The notes beneath the pieces are model-generated. The model was given only the letters and a program-made list of their open reading frames with translations, ran no database searches and was not told the origin of the DNA. From IMG/VR virus record IMGVR_UViG_3300021425_004041, positions 1 through 64,000 of that record: 64,000 nucleotides of DNA. One strand, written 5' to 3'. The translations under genes were made by a program, and so were the position numbers. Positions 8,247 to 18,584 of the stretch are shown piece after piece; position 1 is the stretch's first letter; each line of letters begins with the position of its first letter. Source of the DNA: a virus. Lineage: Duplodnaviria > Caudoviricetes.

Positions 8247-9032
8247 TTAGAATGTATTGTTTTCTTGGAATTCTTTTTCTCTCTTTAAAGCTACTTCCCA
8301 TTCGTCATTCGCTTGTCTAGTGTAGCTAGGATTCATATTATTCATTTCCAAAATATCGTCACGGATGTTTTGATTACGTTTTTCTAAATTAATTACCCTA
8401 ACAAAACTGTTAGTAACTGCGGCTGTATAGTATGCGAATGGATTTTGACTTTTAGATTCGTCAAATTGTAAACCGATCTGTGCTAATTGCAGTATTGCTT
8501 GTCCTCTCATTTCATCATTGTAAGTATAACCTCTAACATTACCTCTTGTAGCGTATCTTTCGCAAAGTTTCAACCACATTAAAGCAAGTTTATCAGTAGC
8601 TGTACCGTGTGACATAGAAAAACACCCACTATCTAGATCACCAATCCAATGACTTTTTCCAACACAAATTAATTCATTGTTGTCATTAAATTTCCAGTGT
8701 TGGAATGGTGGAAAATTTAGTTTTATTTTGGTGTCTGCAATAGATTTTGGATTTTTTTTCCTGCCAGGTTCGTCTGGAATATGGTCATACGTCATTAATC
8801 GAAATACTATATTTTGTATTTGTAAATTTGACGGATCGCTAATTGTTATGCCTTTTCGTTTAATTAGATTTTTTTTTGATTCTAATATTAAATCGTCATT
8901 TATTTCTGATAATGAGTAGATTATAGAATCAAACTCGTTATAAATTATATTAGTAAAACTGCAAAATGTAGTTTTACTTTTATGAATTTCGCTTAAAATA
9001 TCTCGATTATTTAGATAATTTTGTTTTTTCAT
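8247..9032 (-). CDS. gp55: gp55-like late-transcription sigma factor
   Basis: RGYTYNDEM...FDESKSQNPFAYYT...NSFVRVINLEK matches the T4 gp55 family pattern; gp55-gp47-gp46 order as in T4-like phages. Confidence 0.85.
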   Translation of the reverse strand: MKKQNYLNNRDILSEIHKSKTTFCSFTNIIYNEFDSIIYSLSEINDDLILESKKNLIKRKGITISDPSNLQIQNIVFRLMTYDHIPDEPGRKKNPKSIADTKIKLNFPPFQHWKFNDNNELICVGKSHWIGDLDSGCFSMSHGTATDKLALMWLKLCERYATRGNVRGYTYNDEMRGQAILQLAQIGLQFDESKSQNPFAYYTAAVTNSFVRVINLEKRNQNIRDDILEMNNMNPSYTRQANDEWEVALKREKEFQENNTF

Positions 9033-9054
9033 TTATTCTCCAAATGTTTATACA

Positions 9055-9083
9055 ATTATAATATACATGGTTTAAAAAGTCAA
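9055..9083 (-). promoter_or_regulatory. Sigma70-type promoter for gp55-gp47-gp46-resolvase operon
   Basis: TTGACT (9083-9078), 17-nt spacer, TATAAT (9060-9055), followed by GGAG RBS and ATG at 9032. Confidence 0.85.
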
Positions 9084-9089
9084 TAAATA
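9082..9089 (+). promoter_or_regulatory. Putative late promoter (AATAAATA) for baseplate operon
   Basis: TAAATA core ~18 nt upstream of ATG 9107, followed by AGGA RBS. Confidence 0.6.
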
Positions 9090-9106
9090 CTTTAAAAGGA
9101 TGTACT

Positions 9107-10000
9107 ATGGCTATCACTAACAGAATTCCAACGCCTTCAGAGGCAATACAATCAGCTTCAAAAGCTACAAATGCTGCAGGTGCAAATCCAGTTTCTTCTG
9201 TAGAAGCTTCATTAGGAAGCGGAGATTTTAATCTAGGTGCTACTTTACAAAATGCAAAAAACTCAATTACAAGTAGTATTTCTGCATCTGCGGCAAACTT
9301 TTCAGCAAGTATTAGGAAAACATTGGGATTACCAGCAGGTGGAGAACCCCAAAAACCAGCCGAAGGTAATGAAGCAACATGGGCAGATAAAGCCTCTGTC
9401 GATGTTGATTGGAGAGTAAGACTGTCAATTGCACCAGGATATAAACGTCTTTTTACAAATCCTTTGCAAAAGTCAGATGATAATTTAATTTTTCCATTAA
9501 CACCTACTATAATGATTAATCATTCAGCATCTTATACACCTATTAAACCCATACATAGTAATTATCCTTTTTATGCATATCAAAATTCTGCATTAGAAAA
9601 TATAACTATTACAGGCGAGTTTCCGGTTGAAAATGAAGAAGATGGAAAATATTGGATAGCTGCAACGCATTATCTTCGGGCAGTATCTAAAATGGCATAT
9701 GGAAATACAGAAAATGTTGGTTCACCTCCGCCTGTTATTAAGTTAAATGGATATGGTGATTATGTTTTTAAAGATGTTCCGGTAGTTGTAACAAATTTTA
9801 ACTATGAATTAGCTAATGACATCGACTATATTAGGGTAGAAGGAATACAAGGCGGAAAAGAAGGAACATATGTTCCGACAAGAAGTACAATATCTGTAAC
9901 TTTAATTCCAATGTATAGTCGACGGCAAGTGAAAAAGTTTAGTTTACAAGCATTTGTTGCAGGTCGATATGTATCAGGTCCTATGAAAGGAATGTTATAA
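9107..10000 (+). CDS. Baseplate/tail-tube junction protein (gp48/gp54-like)
   Basis: LIFPLTPTI...Y..HSNYPF.AYQNS..ENITITGEF...GSPPPVIKLNGYG..VF..VPVVV tube-fold pattern; first gene of baseplate operon. Confidence 0.6.
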   Translation: MAITNRIPTPSEAIQSASKATNAAGANPVSSVEASLGSGDFNLGATLQNAKNSITSSISASAANFSASIRKTLGLPAGGEPQKPAEGNEATWADKASVDVDWRVRLSIAPGYKRLFTNPLQKSDDNLIFPLTPTIMINHSASYTPIKPIHSNYPFYAYQNSALENITITGEFPVENEEDGKYWIAATHYLRAVSKMAYGNTENVGSPPPVIKLNGYGDYVFKDVPVVVTNFNYELANDIDYIRVEGIQGGKEGTYVPTRSTISVTLIPMYSRRQVKKFSLQAFVAGRYVSGPMKGML

Positions 10001-10290
10001 TGAATAGGAATTCTCCTTGGGCTAAGACAGAATTAGTTGATGATTGGTATTTAGATATTTTATCCATACGTTCTGTGCCAGCAGAAGATGATGATGTTTT
10101 GTATACGATTCCAAATCATTACATTCATCGTCCTGATTTGCTTGCTTACGATTTATACGGAGATAAAAATTTATGGTGGGTATTTGCACAAAGAAACATG
10201 GATATTATACAAGATCCTGTATACGATATTGAACCTGGTGTTAAAATTAGGTTACCTAAAGGTTCTAACTTAAAAAAATTTTTAGGATAA
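10000..10290 (+). CDS. LysM-fold baseplate wedge protein (gp53-like)
   Basis: RPDLLAYDLYGDKNLWWVFA motif characteristic of gp53/tail X LysM proteins. Confidence 0.8.
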   Translation: MNRNSPWAKTELVDDWYLDILSIRSVPAEDDDVLYTIPNHYIHRPDLLAYDLYGDKNLWWVFAQRNMDIIQDPVYDIEPGVKIRLPKGSNLKKFLG

Positions 10291-10293
10291 ATT

Positions 10294-12618
10294 ATGCCAA
10301 AAGGTACAACGCAAGTAACAGTTTCAAAAAATGCAGACCCAGGTGCAGATAACCCAGATTCTAATGATAACAGGGCAAAAAATGATTTAAATTCTGCCGA
10401 ACTATCAGCTGAAGATATTGAATTCCCATTTGCAAATGAATTAGATGATTATGTAAGTTATAATTACGTTTTTACATTGAGTTGTTTAACAAAGAATGAG
10501 TGTGCTGCTCCTGATGACACATATCGCAAAACTGATCCTAAGATTGTAATTTTACGTTCTGGAGGAGGTGTAGACGGCGTTGCTACTGAACCTGAACAAT
10601 CCTTAGGCTCAGTAGAATATTTTATTGATAATGTAGAAGTCCAAAGCTTAATTACTCCTAATAAAAAAACAAAACAAACAAATGCTACAAGTATAACATT
10701 TGATGTAATTGAACCATATAGCATGGGTCTTTTTTTACAAGAACTTAAAGTAGCAGCATTAACAGCTGGATATACAAATTACATTGAATCACCTTTTCTT
10801 TTAACAGTAGAATTTAAAGGATGGGATGATGATGGAAATTATTTAGAAAAAAAACATTTGCGTAGAATGTGGCCTATGAAATTAGTTTCAGTGAATTTTG
10901 CAGTTAATGAAGGAGGAAGCACTTATAATGTTGAAGCTATACCTTGGGGAGAACAAGCAACACTTGATCAAGTTCAAAGTTTAAAAACCGATATAAAACT
11001 TATAGGAAAAACAGTAAAAGAATTGTTGCAAACAGGACTTTACAGTTTATCTACGATATTGAATTCTAGAGAACAAGAAAAAAGGCGTGCAAAAGAAATT
11101 AAAACACCTGACGAATATGTAATTTTGTTTCCGACAAATCCTAAAGATAAAATTTTTACTAAAAATGATTTAGCTAGTAATGCAGGAGCAGATAGTGTCA
11201 TCAGTTTGCGTACTGACTTAGCAGTTTCTAAACTAGATTTATACAAACAATCTATAAACAGTTTTAATAATTCTCCTAGTTGGTTTGATTCAGAATTAGA
11301 TGATATTGAAAAAACGATTTTAGGAGTTATGGTTAGAAGAAGTTATTTAGGCGAAATAGCAAGAAATTTCGCGGATAACAAAAATAATAATAACGATATA
11401 GGAAGAGCAAAGCTTGTAGATGATTTGCTAGACGGTACAAAAAAACCATTTGGTAGACCAAGATTTGTAGAATTAGATGACAAAGATGGCATATTTGAAA
11501 GAGGGCAATTACAAATAAGCGATAATTTAACAACATTAACATTTAAAGCTGGAACAACAATACAAGATGTTATTGAAGAAGTAATTTTACTAAGTGAATA
11601 TGGGACTAGGATAGGGAGCGCAACTCCTGATGCTAATGGTATGATACCATGGTTTAGGATAGATACTGAGGTTTATGATTTAGATGATCCTGTAGTTGAA
11701 ACACAAACAGGTAGACCCCCTAGGATTTATGTTTTTCGAGTCGTTACTTTTTTAACTCATTTGAGTAGATATGCATCAGTAACTCAAACGAGTTCTACAA
11801 ATACGTTAAAAAAACAGTGTGTAAAAGAGTACAATTACATTTATACTGGTAAAAATGATGCAATTATTGATTTTGATATAACATACAATAGGGCTTTTCA
11901 TCAAGCTAGTACGCCTTTTGGAGGAAGAAACAAAGGAACTGTTTTAGATGCGAATGCTAGTAGGAGAGCTGGATCTGAAAATATTCCTAAAGCATTGCCT
12001 TCTTCAGGTGAAAAAACAAAGTCTAAGTCAGGATATACATCTAATGAAGAAAGTTTTAAACCTGGAACAGGATCGGAAGGTGGAGGACAGTATGATAAAA
12101 TTGCAAATGTTGTTGCAAGAGATTTTAATGATGCAATATTAAATAGTACAACTGATTTAATGAGTACAAGTTTGGTTATTTGGGGGGATCCGTATTACAT
12201 AATTGATAGTGGTTTTGGAAATTATTTTGCTATACCGCATAAAAAGTATATAAATTTGAATAAAGACGGGTCTATGAATTATCAAGATAGTGAGGTTCAT
12301 GTTATTATAAATTTTAGAACCCCTTTTGATTATCCCCATGCAAAAAATGGTACAGATTGGGATACGGAAGGATTTATGGATTTTTATGCAGACGGTTCGT
12401 ATAGTCCGTCTGCATTTAGTGGAATTTATCAAGTTACTGGAGTAACAAATAATTTTGCTGAAGGAAAGTTTACTCAAAAATTAGCTATGATAAGAATTAG
12501 GAATCAAGAAGGTGTTGATACAAATAATAAAGCAGATCCAAAGAAAGGTGTTGCTAGGACAGTAATATCGAATGAAGATTTAAATCGTGCTGCAGGCAAT
12601 GCAGGTGGAGGAGCATAG
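10294..12618 (+). CDS. Baseplate hub protein (gp27/gpD-like)
   Basis: 774 aa between gp53-like and gp5-like; IWGDPY and GIYQVTGVTNNFAEGKFTQKL C-terminal hub motifs. Confidence 0.65.
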   Translation: MPKGTTQVTVSKNADPGADNPDSNDNRAKNDLNSAELSAEDIEFPFANELDDYVSYNYVFTLSCLTKNECAAPDDTYRKTDPKIVILRSGGGVDGVATEPEQSLGSVEYFIDNVEVQSLITPNKKTKQTNATSITFDVIEPYSMGLFLQELKVAALTAGYTNYIESPFLLTVEFKGWDDDGNYLEKKHLRRMWPMKLVSVNFAVNEGGSTYNVEAIPWGEQATLDQVQSLKTDIKLIGKTVKELLQTGLYSLSTILNSREQEKRRAKEIKTPDEYVILFPTNPKDKIFTKNDLASNAGADSVISLRTDLAVSKLDLYKQSINSFNNSPSWFDSELDDIEKTILGVMVRRSYLGEIARNFADNKNNNNDIGRAKLVDDLLDGTKKPFGRPRFVELDDKDGIFERGQLQISDNLTTLTFKAGTTIQDVIEEVILLSEYGTRIGSATPDANGMIPWFRIDTEVYDLDDPVVETQTGRPPRIYVFRVVTFLTHLSRYASVTQTSSTNTLKKQCVKEYNYIYTGKNDAIIDFDITYNRAFHQASTPFGGRNKGTVLDANASRRAGSENIPKALPSSGEKTKSKSGYTSNEESFKPGTGSEGGGQYDKIANVVARDFNDAILNSTTDLMSTSLVIWGDPYYIIDSGFGNYFAIPHKKYINLNKDGSMNYQDSEVHVIINFRTPFDYPHAKNGTDWDTEGFMDFYADGSYSPSAFSGIYQVTGVTNNFAEGKFTQKLAMIRIRNQEGVDTNNKADPKKGVARTVISNEDLNRAAGNAGGGA

Positions 12619-14639
12619 TGGCATCTACAACCCCTAGAGGACAATTTTCGAGAGGAGCGAAGCCTGTATGGATGAAGGGAGTCGGACCTTATTTGGGCAG
12701 GGTGGCTAATCATTTAGATACAGAGTATATGGGGACTATTGAAGTCGAAATTTTAAAAACTACCGAATCAGGTAGTCCTACTGAATCTAGTGGATATTAC
12801 ATTCCATGTACATATGTAAGTCCTTTTTTAGGTCAAACTCCAAGGAAAGGTGTACAAGAAACAGACAAATTTGATTATACACAAAAAAGTTATGGATTTT
12901 GGGCTGTTCCTCCTGACGTAGATACTAAAGTTTTGGTATTAATGGCTGAAAATAATTTTGGTTTTGGGTTTTGGATAGGATGTGTTCAAGATAAATTCAT
13001 GAATTTTATGATGCCTGGTAATGCATCAACTTCTTATAGTAGTCAACCGGGTGGAGGAAAAGGTGGAGGAGGTGGAAAGTATGCAAATAAGATTGTACCA
13101 GTAGGTGAATATAATAAAGTTATAACAAAAGGTACAGGCAATGATCCTACACAATATTATAAACCAGTTGATACACGGCATGCAGACATTTTAGAAAAAC
13201 AAGGTTTAACTAAATGGTCAGAAAGTATAGTTGATCAAACTAGGGGAACAACTACTTCGAGCGCAAGGCGTGAAGTTCCTAGTATGGTAGTTGGAATAAG
13301 TAGTCCAGGTCATCCTGACAGGAAAGGACCTAAAGTACAGTATGGAGAAAAGTTTGGACAAACAAATGTACCGTTTAGTAGATTAGGTGGCACAAGTTTT
13401 GTAATGGATGACGGAGATGAAAAAATTCTTCGTAAAAAACCTGCAAACACCGATCCTCCAGAATATGCTTATGTAGAAAAAAAACAATTTGATGGAGATG
13501 TAACATTACCTCATAATGAATTAACAAGATGGCGCACTCGCACAGGACATCAGATTGTAATGCACAATACTGAAGATTTAATTTATATTATTAATGCTCA
13601 AGGTAATGCTTGGATAGAATTAACAAGTAATGGAAAAATTGATATTTACACAGATGACAGTGTAAGTATTCATTCAGAAACTGATTTTAATTTAAAAGCA
13701 AATAGAGATATTAACTTAGAAGCCTCAGGTAATGTTAATATTAAAGCTAGAGAACAAATGCGTATAGAGTCTGGTAATGCTACGCATTGGAAAGTAGGAA
13801 CAGCAGAAGTTAAAAAAGATCCTGCATTAAGGCCAGAATTAGGCATTAAAAATGAAGACGGTACATGGAAATGGAATAGTTTTGAGGATTTACCAACAGT
13901 AGAACAACCCGGTGACAATTTGTATATAGATGTAAGTAGAGATGTTTATTGGAAGGTAGGTACCCATCCTAAATTAGGAGATTTTAAATTAGAAGTATCT
14001 CAAGACGGACATGCAACATTTGATAGAGATTTCTTTTTGCTTGCAAAAGAAAATATCCATCAGCATTCTAATCAAGCAACATTCCATCTTGCCGATACCA
14101 CTTTTGATCAAAAAGCAGGTGATAAGTTTTTTCAAGAATCTGCATCAGATATGAATTTAAAATCTGGAGCAAATATGAAAATTTTAGCTAGCTCAAATGC
14201 AGTTGTCAAAGCATCAAATAATTTTATAACTGCAAGTGCAGCTAATCATATTAAAGCAGGAGGCACAAATTATGTTACAGCAGGAGGAACTAATGAATAT
14301 AATGCACCTGTTAATAATATGAGCCAAATCCAAAATTTCGGAAGCGGATCTGCTACAGGGTCTGACGGAGCATCTGCGGATTCAGCTACAGATGCGCAAG
14401 ATGCGTTATTACCAGAATGTGCTCATCATGCTTATATACCAATTAGAATACCTATGCATGAGCCATATTTAAGTCATGAAAATTTAAAGCCGCAAGTTTT
14501 TTATCCAGACAAAACAGATAGTACAAATTCTATAAATGATGCATGCGAATTTGCAATAAAATATGAACAAGAAGAAATTAAAACACCTTTAATATTTAAA
14601 GGTGGTGCTCAAGAGGACACATTTAGGAAAGGTAGGTAA
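12618..14639 (+). CDS. Central spike protein (gp5/VgrG-like)
   Basis: GTG start; OB-fold region (SYGFWAVPPDVDTKVLV), RTRTGHQI, WIELTSNGKIDIY, beta-helix repeats; upstream of gp25. Confidence 0.8.
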   Translation: MASTTPRGQFSRGAKPVWMKGVGPYLGRVANHLDTEYMGTIEVEILKTTESGSPTESSGYYIPCTYVSPFLGQTPRKGVQETDKFDYTQKSYGFWAVPPDVDTKVLVLMAENNFGFGFWIGCVQDKFMNFMMPGNASTSYSSQPGGGKGGGGGKYANKIVPVGEYNKVITKGTGNDPTQYYKPVDTRHADILEKQGLTKWSESIVDQTRGTTTSSARREVPSMVVGISSPGHPDRKGPKVQYGEKFGQTNVPFSRLGGTSFVMDDGDEKILRKKPANTDPPEYAYVEKKQFDGDVTLPHNELTRWRTRTGHQIVMHNTEDLIYIINAQGNAWIELTSNGKIDIYTDDSVSIHSETDFNLKANRDINLEASGNVNIKAREQMRIESGNATHWKVGTAEVKKDPALRPELGIKNEDGTWKWNSFEDLPTVEQPGDNLYIDVSRDVYWKVGTHPKLGDFKLEVSQDGHATFDRDFFLLAKENIHQHSNQATFHLADTTFDQKAGDKFFQESASDMNLKSGANMKILASSNAVVKASNNFITASAANHIKAGGTNYVTAGGTNEYNAPVNNMSQIQNFGSGSATGSDGASADSATDAQDALLPECAHHAYIPIRIPMHEPYLSHENLKPQVFYPDKTDSTNSINDACEFAIKYEQEEIKTPLIFKGGAQEDTFRKGR

Positions 14640-15088
14640 TGTTTAAAGATAGGTCTATTTATCAAGAAGTTAATGTAAAAAGTAAAAATAGTACAAAAAA
14701 TTTTACTTCTGGAACAAAAATTTACAGAGGTATAAGCACAGCTAATCCTGAAAACACAAATATCGTATTATACGATATAGCATTAATTAAGCAAGATATA
14801 ATTAATCATTTTCATATAAGACAAGGCGAATGCTTGAGTGATTTACAATTTGGAACAATAGTGTGGGATGTTTTATTTGAACCTGTTACTCCAACATTGC
14901 GTAATTTAATAATTGAAAATGTAAATGATATAATTAATAGCGATCCTAGAGTTTCGGTAAGTTCAGTTGTAATAGATGAGTATGAATCCGGCATACAAAT
15001 CGAGTGTAATTTAGTGTACTTGCCTTACAATATTCAAGAAAGTATGCAACTAAATTTTGACAGAAATATAGGTTTTTTAGCGAATTAA
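14639..15088 (+). CDS. gp25: Baseplate wedge/sheath initiator gp25-like
   Basis: LIKQDIINHF.IRQGE...FGTIVWDVLFEP...DPRV pattern of GPW_gp25 family. Confidence 0.9.
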   Translation: MFKDRSIYQEVNVKSKNSTKNFTSGTKIYRGISTANPENTNIVLYDIALIKQDIINHFHIRQGECLSDLQFGTIVWDVLFEPVTPTLRNLIIENVNDIINSDPRVSVSSVVIDEYESGIQIECNLVYLPYNIQESMQLNFDRNIGFLAN

Positions 15089-15108
15089 AAGGGTATTTTA
15101 AGTTGAAA

Positions 15109-15114
15109 TAAATA
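15109..15114 (+). promoter_or_regulatory. Putative late promoter (TAAATA)
   Basis: In 55-nt intergenic gap before gp6; AAGGA RBS follows. Confidence 0.5.
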
Positions 15115-15143
15115 TTAGATATAAGATATATAAGGAATAGTTT

Positions 15144-18100
15144 ATGGCATCTACTGATAGACAAAATAGATTGTTAGTAGCTGAAGATTGGAAGAGAATT
15201 TATCAAACTTATCAAACAGCAGATTTTCAAAGTTATGATTTTGAAAGTTTAAAGAGAGTTATGATAAGTTATTTAAGAGAAAATTACCCTGAAGACTTTA
15301 ATGATTATATTCAAAGCTCAGAGTATATTGCCTTAATTGATTTAATAGCTTATTTGGGACAAAATTTGTCATTTAGAGTTGATTTAAATGCAAGAGAAAA
15401 TTTTCTTGAATTAGCTGAAAGACGAGAAAGTATTTTACGATTAGCTAGATTGTTAAGTTATAATCCCAAAAGGAACGTAGGTGCTAATGGATTATTAAAA
15501 ATAACAAGTGTTAGAACAACAGAAACTGTTACAGACTCAAACAATTTATCATTGCGTAATCAGAATATTGTATGGAACGATCCTAGTAATCCTAATTGGT
15601 ATGAGCAATTTATAAAAGTATGTAATTTAGCATTTGATAACATAAATTTGTTTGGCTCACCGTTAAAGAACGAAATGATAACAGGTATAGATACATCTAT
15701 ATATAGGATTAATAGTCCTGATTTAGGAGTTTTACCTGTGTTTACAATTTCAAAAACATTAGACGGGTCAAGCTATGATTTCGAAATTGTTCCAGCAGAT
15801 ATTAATGGAAGTATAGCTGAAGATGCACCGGCACCGGGCAATAAATTTAAAATATTGTACAGAGAAGATGGTGTTGGACCTAATAGTCCGAATACAGGTT
15901 TTTTTTGTCTATTTAAACAAGGAACAATGGATTATGGCGATTTTGAAGTTGTAACTCCTAGTCAAAATCAATTAGTAACTGTAGATGCAATTAATGTTAA
16001 CAACGATGATGTTTGGTTATACAGTCTTTCAAACAATACGGATTTAGATACTTTATGGACTAAGGTAGATTCAATAGAAGGTAATAATATAATTTACAAT
16101 GATGTTGCAAAAAATATTCGTACTATCTATGGAGTTTTAACCAGGGTAAATGATAGGATAAGTTTGATATTTTCTGATGGAATTTTTGGAGATTTGCCAA
16201 AAGGAAATTTTAGAATTTATTATAGGACAAGTAGGAATCAAAATTTAGTAATAACACCTAGAGATATGCTAGGAATTGGTTTAGATATAGAATATATTAG
16301 TGCAAGTAATAAGTTAGAAACTTTATCTTTAGTATTAGAATTACAGTATACAGTTAATAATAGTTCAGTTAGCGAAGGTAATGAATCTATTAGGAAATTA
16401 GCTCCTATGAGTTATTATACTCAGAATAGATTAATTACTGCAGAAGATTATCAAATAGGCCCTCTATTGTCTAATAATCAAATTATTAAAGCAAAAAGTA
16501 TTAACAGAATATCTAGTGGTATATCTAGATATTTTGATTTGACAGATGCAACAGGTGCTTATAGTAAAACAAATGTCTATGGTACAGATGGTATACTATA
16601 TCAAGAATCTTTTGTAGATAAGATTTCATTTAATTATAGAAATTTGACAGAAATTGAAAATGTTTTATATAATATAATTGATCCATTACTTAAAACTCAA
16701 AAAATAAAAAATTATTATTATGCTAATGTTACAAGAATACCTTATGTTGATCAAGGCATAAAATGGGTTTCAGTAACAAACAATATAAATTTAAATACTG
16801 GGTATTTAGAGAATGAAGCTAATATAAAACAAGTAATAGGCCAAAGCACTACATCAATTTTGCAGTTTATAAAAATTAATACGCATATTAAATTTTTTGC
16901 TCCTGCTGGATATTATTTTAATGCCAACAGAGAATTAGTACCTGGAGATGCAAATGTCCCTAATTCAACTACATATTTTTGGGTAAAAGTAGTAGGAACG
17001 TTTAATGATGGAACAGAATTAAATGAAGACGGTAGTGGACCTATATATTTCAATGATAGTATACCAACCGGAGCATTATTAGGCGAAATACGACCATTTC
17101 TATCAAAAGCAATTAGTGACGATGTAAAAACTGAAATGATAGATCAAATAACAGCTAATAAATTATTTGGCTTAAGATATGATCGTGTATTAGATCAATG
17201 GTTAATCGTTCTTGAAGAAAATTTAAATTTAGATAAACCTTTTAGTTTAGGTAAATCTGGAGATAGCACAGGGCAGAAATTAGATTCAAGTTGGTTGCTA
17301 AAATTTTCAACCGACTTAGTATCTTATACTGTAGAGTATAGAGCTAGTAGGTTTATATTTGAAAGTAAAAAAGAAGTTAATTTTTATTTTGACAAATCTG
17401 ATAAAATTTACAATTCTGTAAACGGTGAAACAACAAAAGATAAGATTTCAATTATGTCAATTAATACTAAACCTATAACAGCTACTGATAATTTACAGTC
17501 ATTTACAAAAGATTACGATTGGGCTATAACAGATAATTATAGAGATCAATTAGGATATATAACCAGTAAAAAAATTATAGTAGATTTTTTTGATAGTGAT
17601 GATGATGGTATATCAGATGATGAAGATTTATTCCAAGAAATTGTAGGACCTAGCGTAGATAATGAACCGTTTACTTTTATTTTTCTAAAGAAAATAATTA
17701 CAAAAAACGGTGTTGAAACATATAATTATGTTTCAAATGACGAACTTAATATAATAATAAAAAAGGGACTAGTGTATACAGGACCTCTAAGCCAATACTT
17801 AGATGGACAAATTGTTTACTTTGTATCTGAAAATATTTTTCAGATTTTTAATAAAAGCATAAATTCGTTTTCTATAACTAATGATTACAAAGGATTTATA
17901 GGTAGAGATAAATTACAATTTAGATATTTACACGCGGCAGATTATAGTAATAGAATAGATCCAAGTATTAGTAATATTATTGATGTATATTTATTAACAA
18001 AATCTTATGACGATGATTTTAGAGATTATATCTCAGGAAAAATAGAGAACGAACCATTGCCGATGTCTTCTACTGATTTATATCTAAATTTTAATGGACC

Positions 18101-18569
18101 ATTAGAAAGGATAAAATCTGTTACAGATCAAATAATTTATCATTCTGCTCGATATAGAGTACTTTTTGGCAGCCAAGCCCATTCCGATTTACAAGGAATT
18201 TTTAAGATAATTAAAAATGTTAATCAAGTACTCAATGATAATGATATAAAAGCAAAAGTGATTACTATTATTAATCAATTTTTTAGTATAGAAAATTGGT
18301 CATTTGGTGACACATTTTACATGTCTGAATTAACTGCATATGTAATGACGGAAATGGCCCCCGATATTTCATCTATAATTTTAACTCCGAGATCTCCAAA
18401 TTTGTCTTTTGGAAGTTTATATGAGATAAGAGCTGAAGATAATGAAATATTAATTAGCGGAGCAACAGTAGCTGATGTTGAGATTATTGAAGAAATCAAT
18501 GCAGAATCTTTAAATGGTGGTACAATTTCTAATTCAACAATTTCACAAAATAGAATTATAACCCAATAA
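15144..18569 (+). CDS. gp6: Baseplate wedge subunit gp6-like (baseplate J fold)
   Basis: YDFESLK, FNDYIQSSE, LIDLIAY, ENFLELAERRESILRLARLLSYNPKR, FSDGIFG, QNRLITAEDY motifs. Confidence 0.88.
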   Translation: MASTDRQNRLLVAEDWKRIYQTYQTADFQSYDFESLKRVMISYLRENYPEDFNDYIQSSEYIALIDLIAYLGQNLSFRVDLNARENFLELAERRESILRLARLLSYNPKRNVGANGLLKITSVRTTETVTDSNNLSLRNQNIVWNDPSNPNWYEQFIKVCNLAFDNINLFGSPLKNEMITGIDTSIYRINSPDLGVLPVFTISKTLDGSSYDFEIVPADINGSIAEDAPAPGNKFKILYREDGVGPNSPNTGFFCLFKQGTMDYGDFEVVTPSQNQLVTVDAINVNNDDVWLYSLSNNTDLDTLWTKVDSIEGNNIIYNDVAKNIRTIYGVLTRVNDRISLIFSDGIFGDLPKGNFRIYYRTSRNQNLVITPRDMLGIGLDIEYISASNKLETLSLVLELQYTVNNSSVSEGNESIRKLAPMSYYTQNRLITAEDYQIGPLLSNNQIIKAKSINRISSGISRYFDLTDATGAYSKTNVYGTDGILYQESFVDKISFNYRNLTEIENVLYNIIDPLLKTQKIKNYYYANVTRIPYVDQGIKWVSVTNNINLNTGYLENEANIKQVIGQSTTSILQFIKINTHIKFFAPAGYYFNANRELVPGDANVPNSTTYFWVKVVGTFNDGTELNEDGSGPIYFNDSIPTGALLGEIRPFLSKAISDDVKTEMIDQITANKLFGLRYDRVLDQWLIVLEENLNLDKPFSLGKSGDSTGQKLDSSWLLKFSTDLVSYTVEYRASRFIFESKKEVNFYFDKSDKIYNSVNGETTKDKISIMSINTKPITATDNLQSFTKDYDWAITDNYRDQLGYITSKKIIVDFFDSDDDGISDDEDLFQEIVGPSVDNEPFTFIFLKKIITKNGVETYNYVSNDELNIIIKKGLVYTGPLSQYLDGQIVYFVSENIFQIFNKSINSFSITNDYKGFIGRDKLQFRYLHAADYSNRIDPSISNIIDVYLLTKSYDDDFRDYISGKIENEPLPMSSTDLYLNFNGPLERIKSVTDQIIYHSARYRVLFGSQAHSDLQGIFKIIKNVNQVLNDNDIKAKVITIINQFFSIENWSFGDTFYMSELTAYVMTEMAPDISSIILTPRSPNLSFGSLYEIRAEDNEILISGATVADVEIIEEINAESLNGGTISNSTISQNRIITQ

Positions 18570-18584
18570 AAAGGAAAATTTTAG

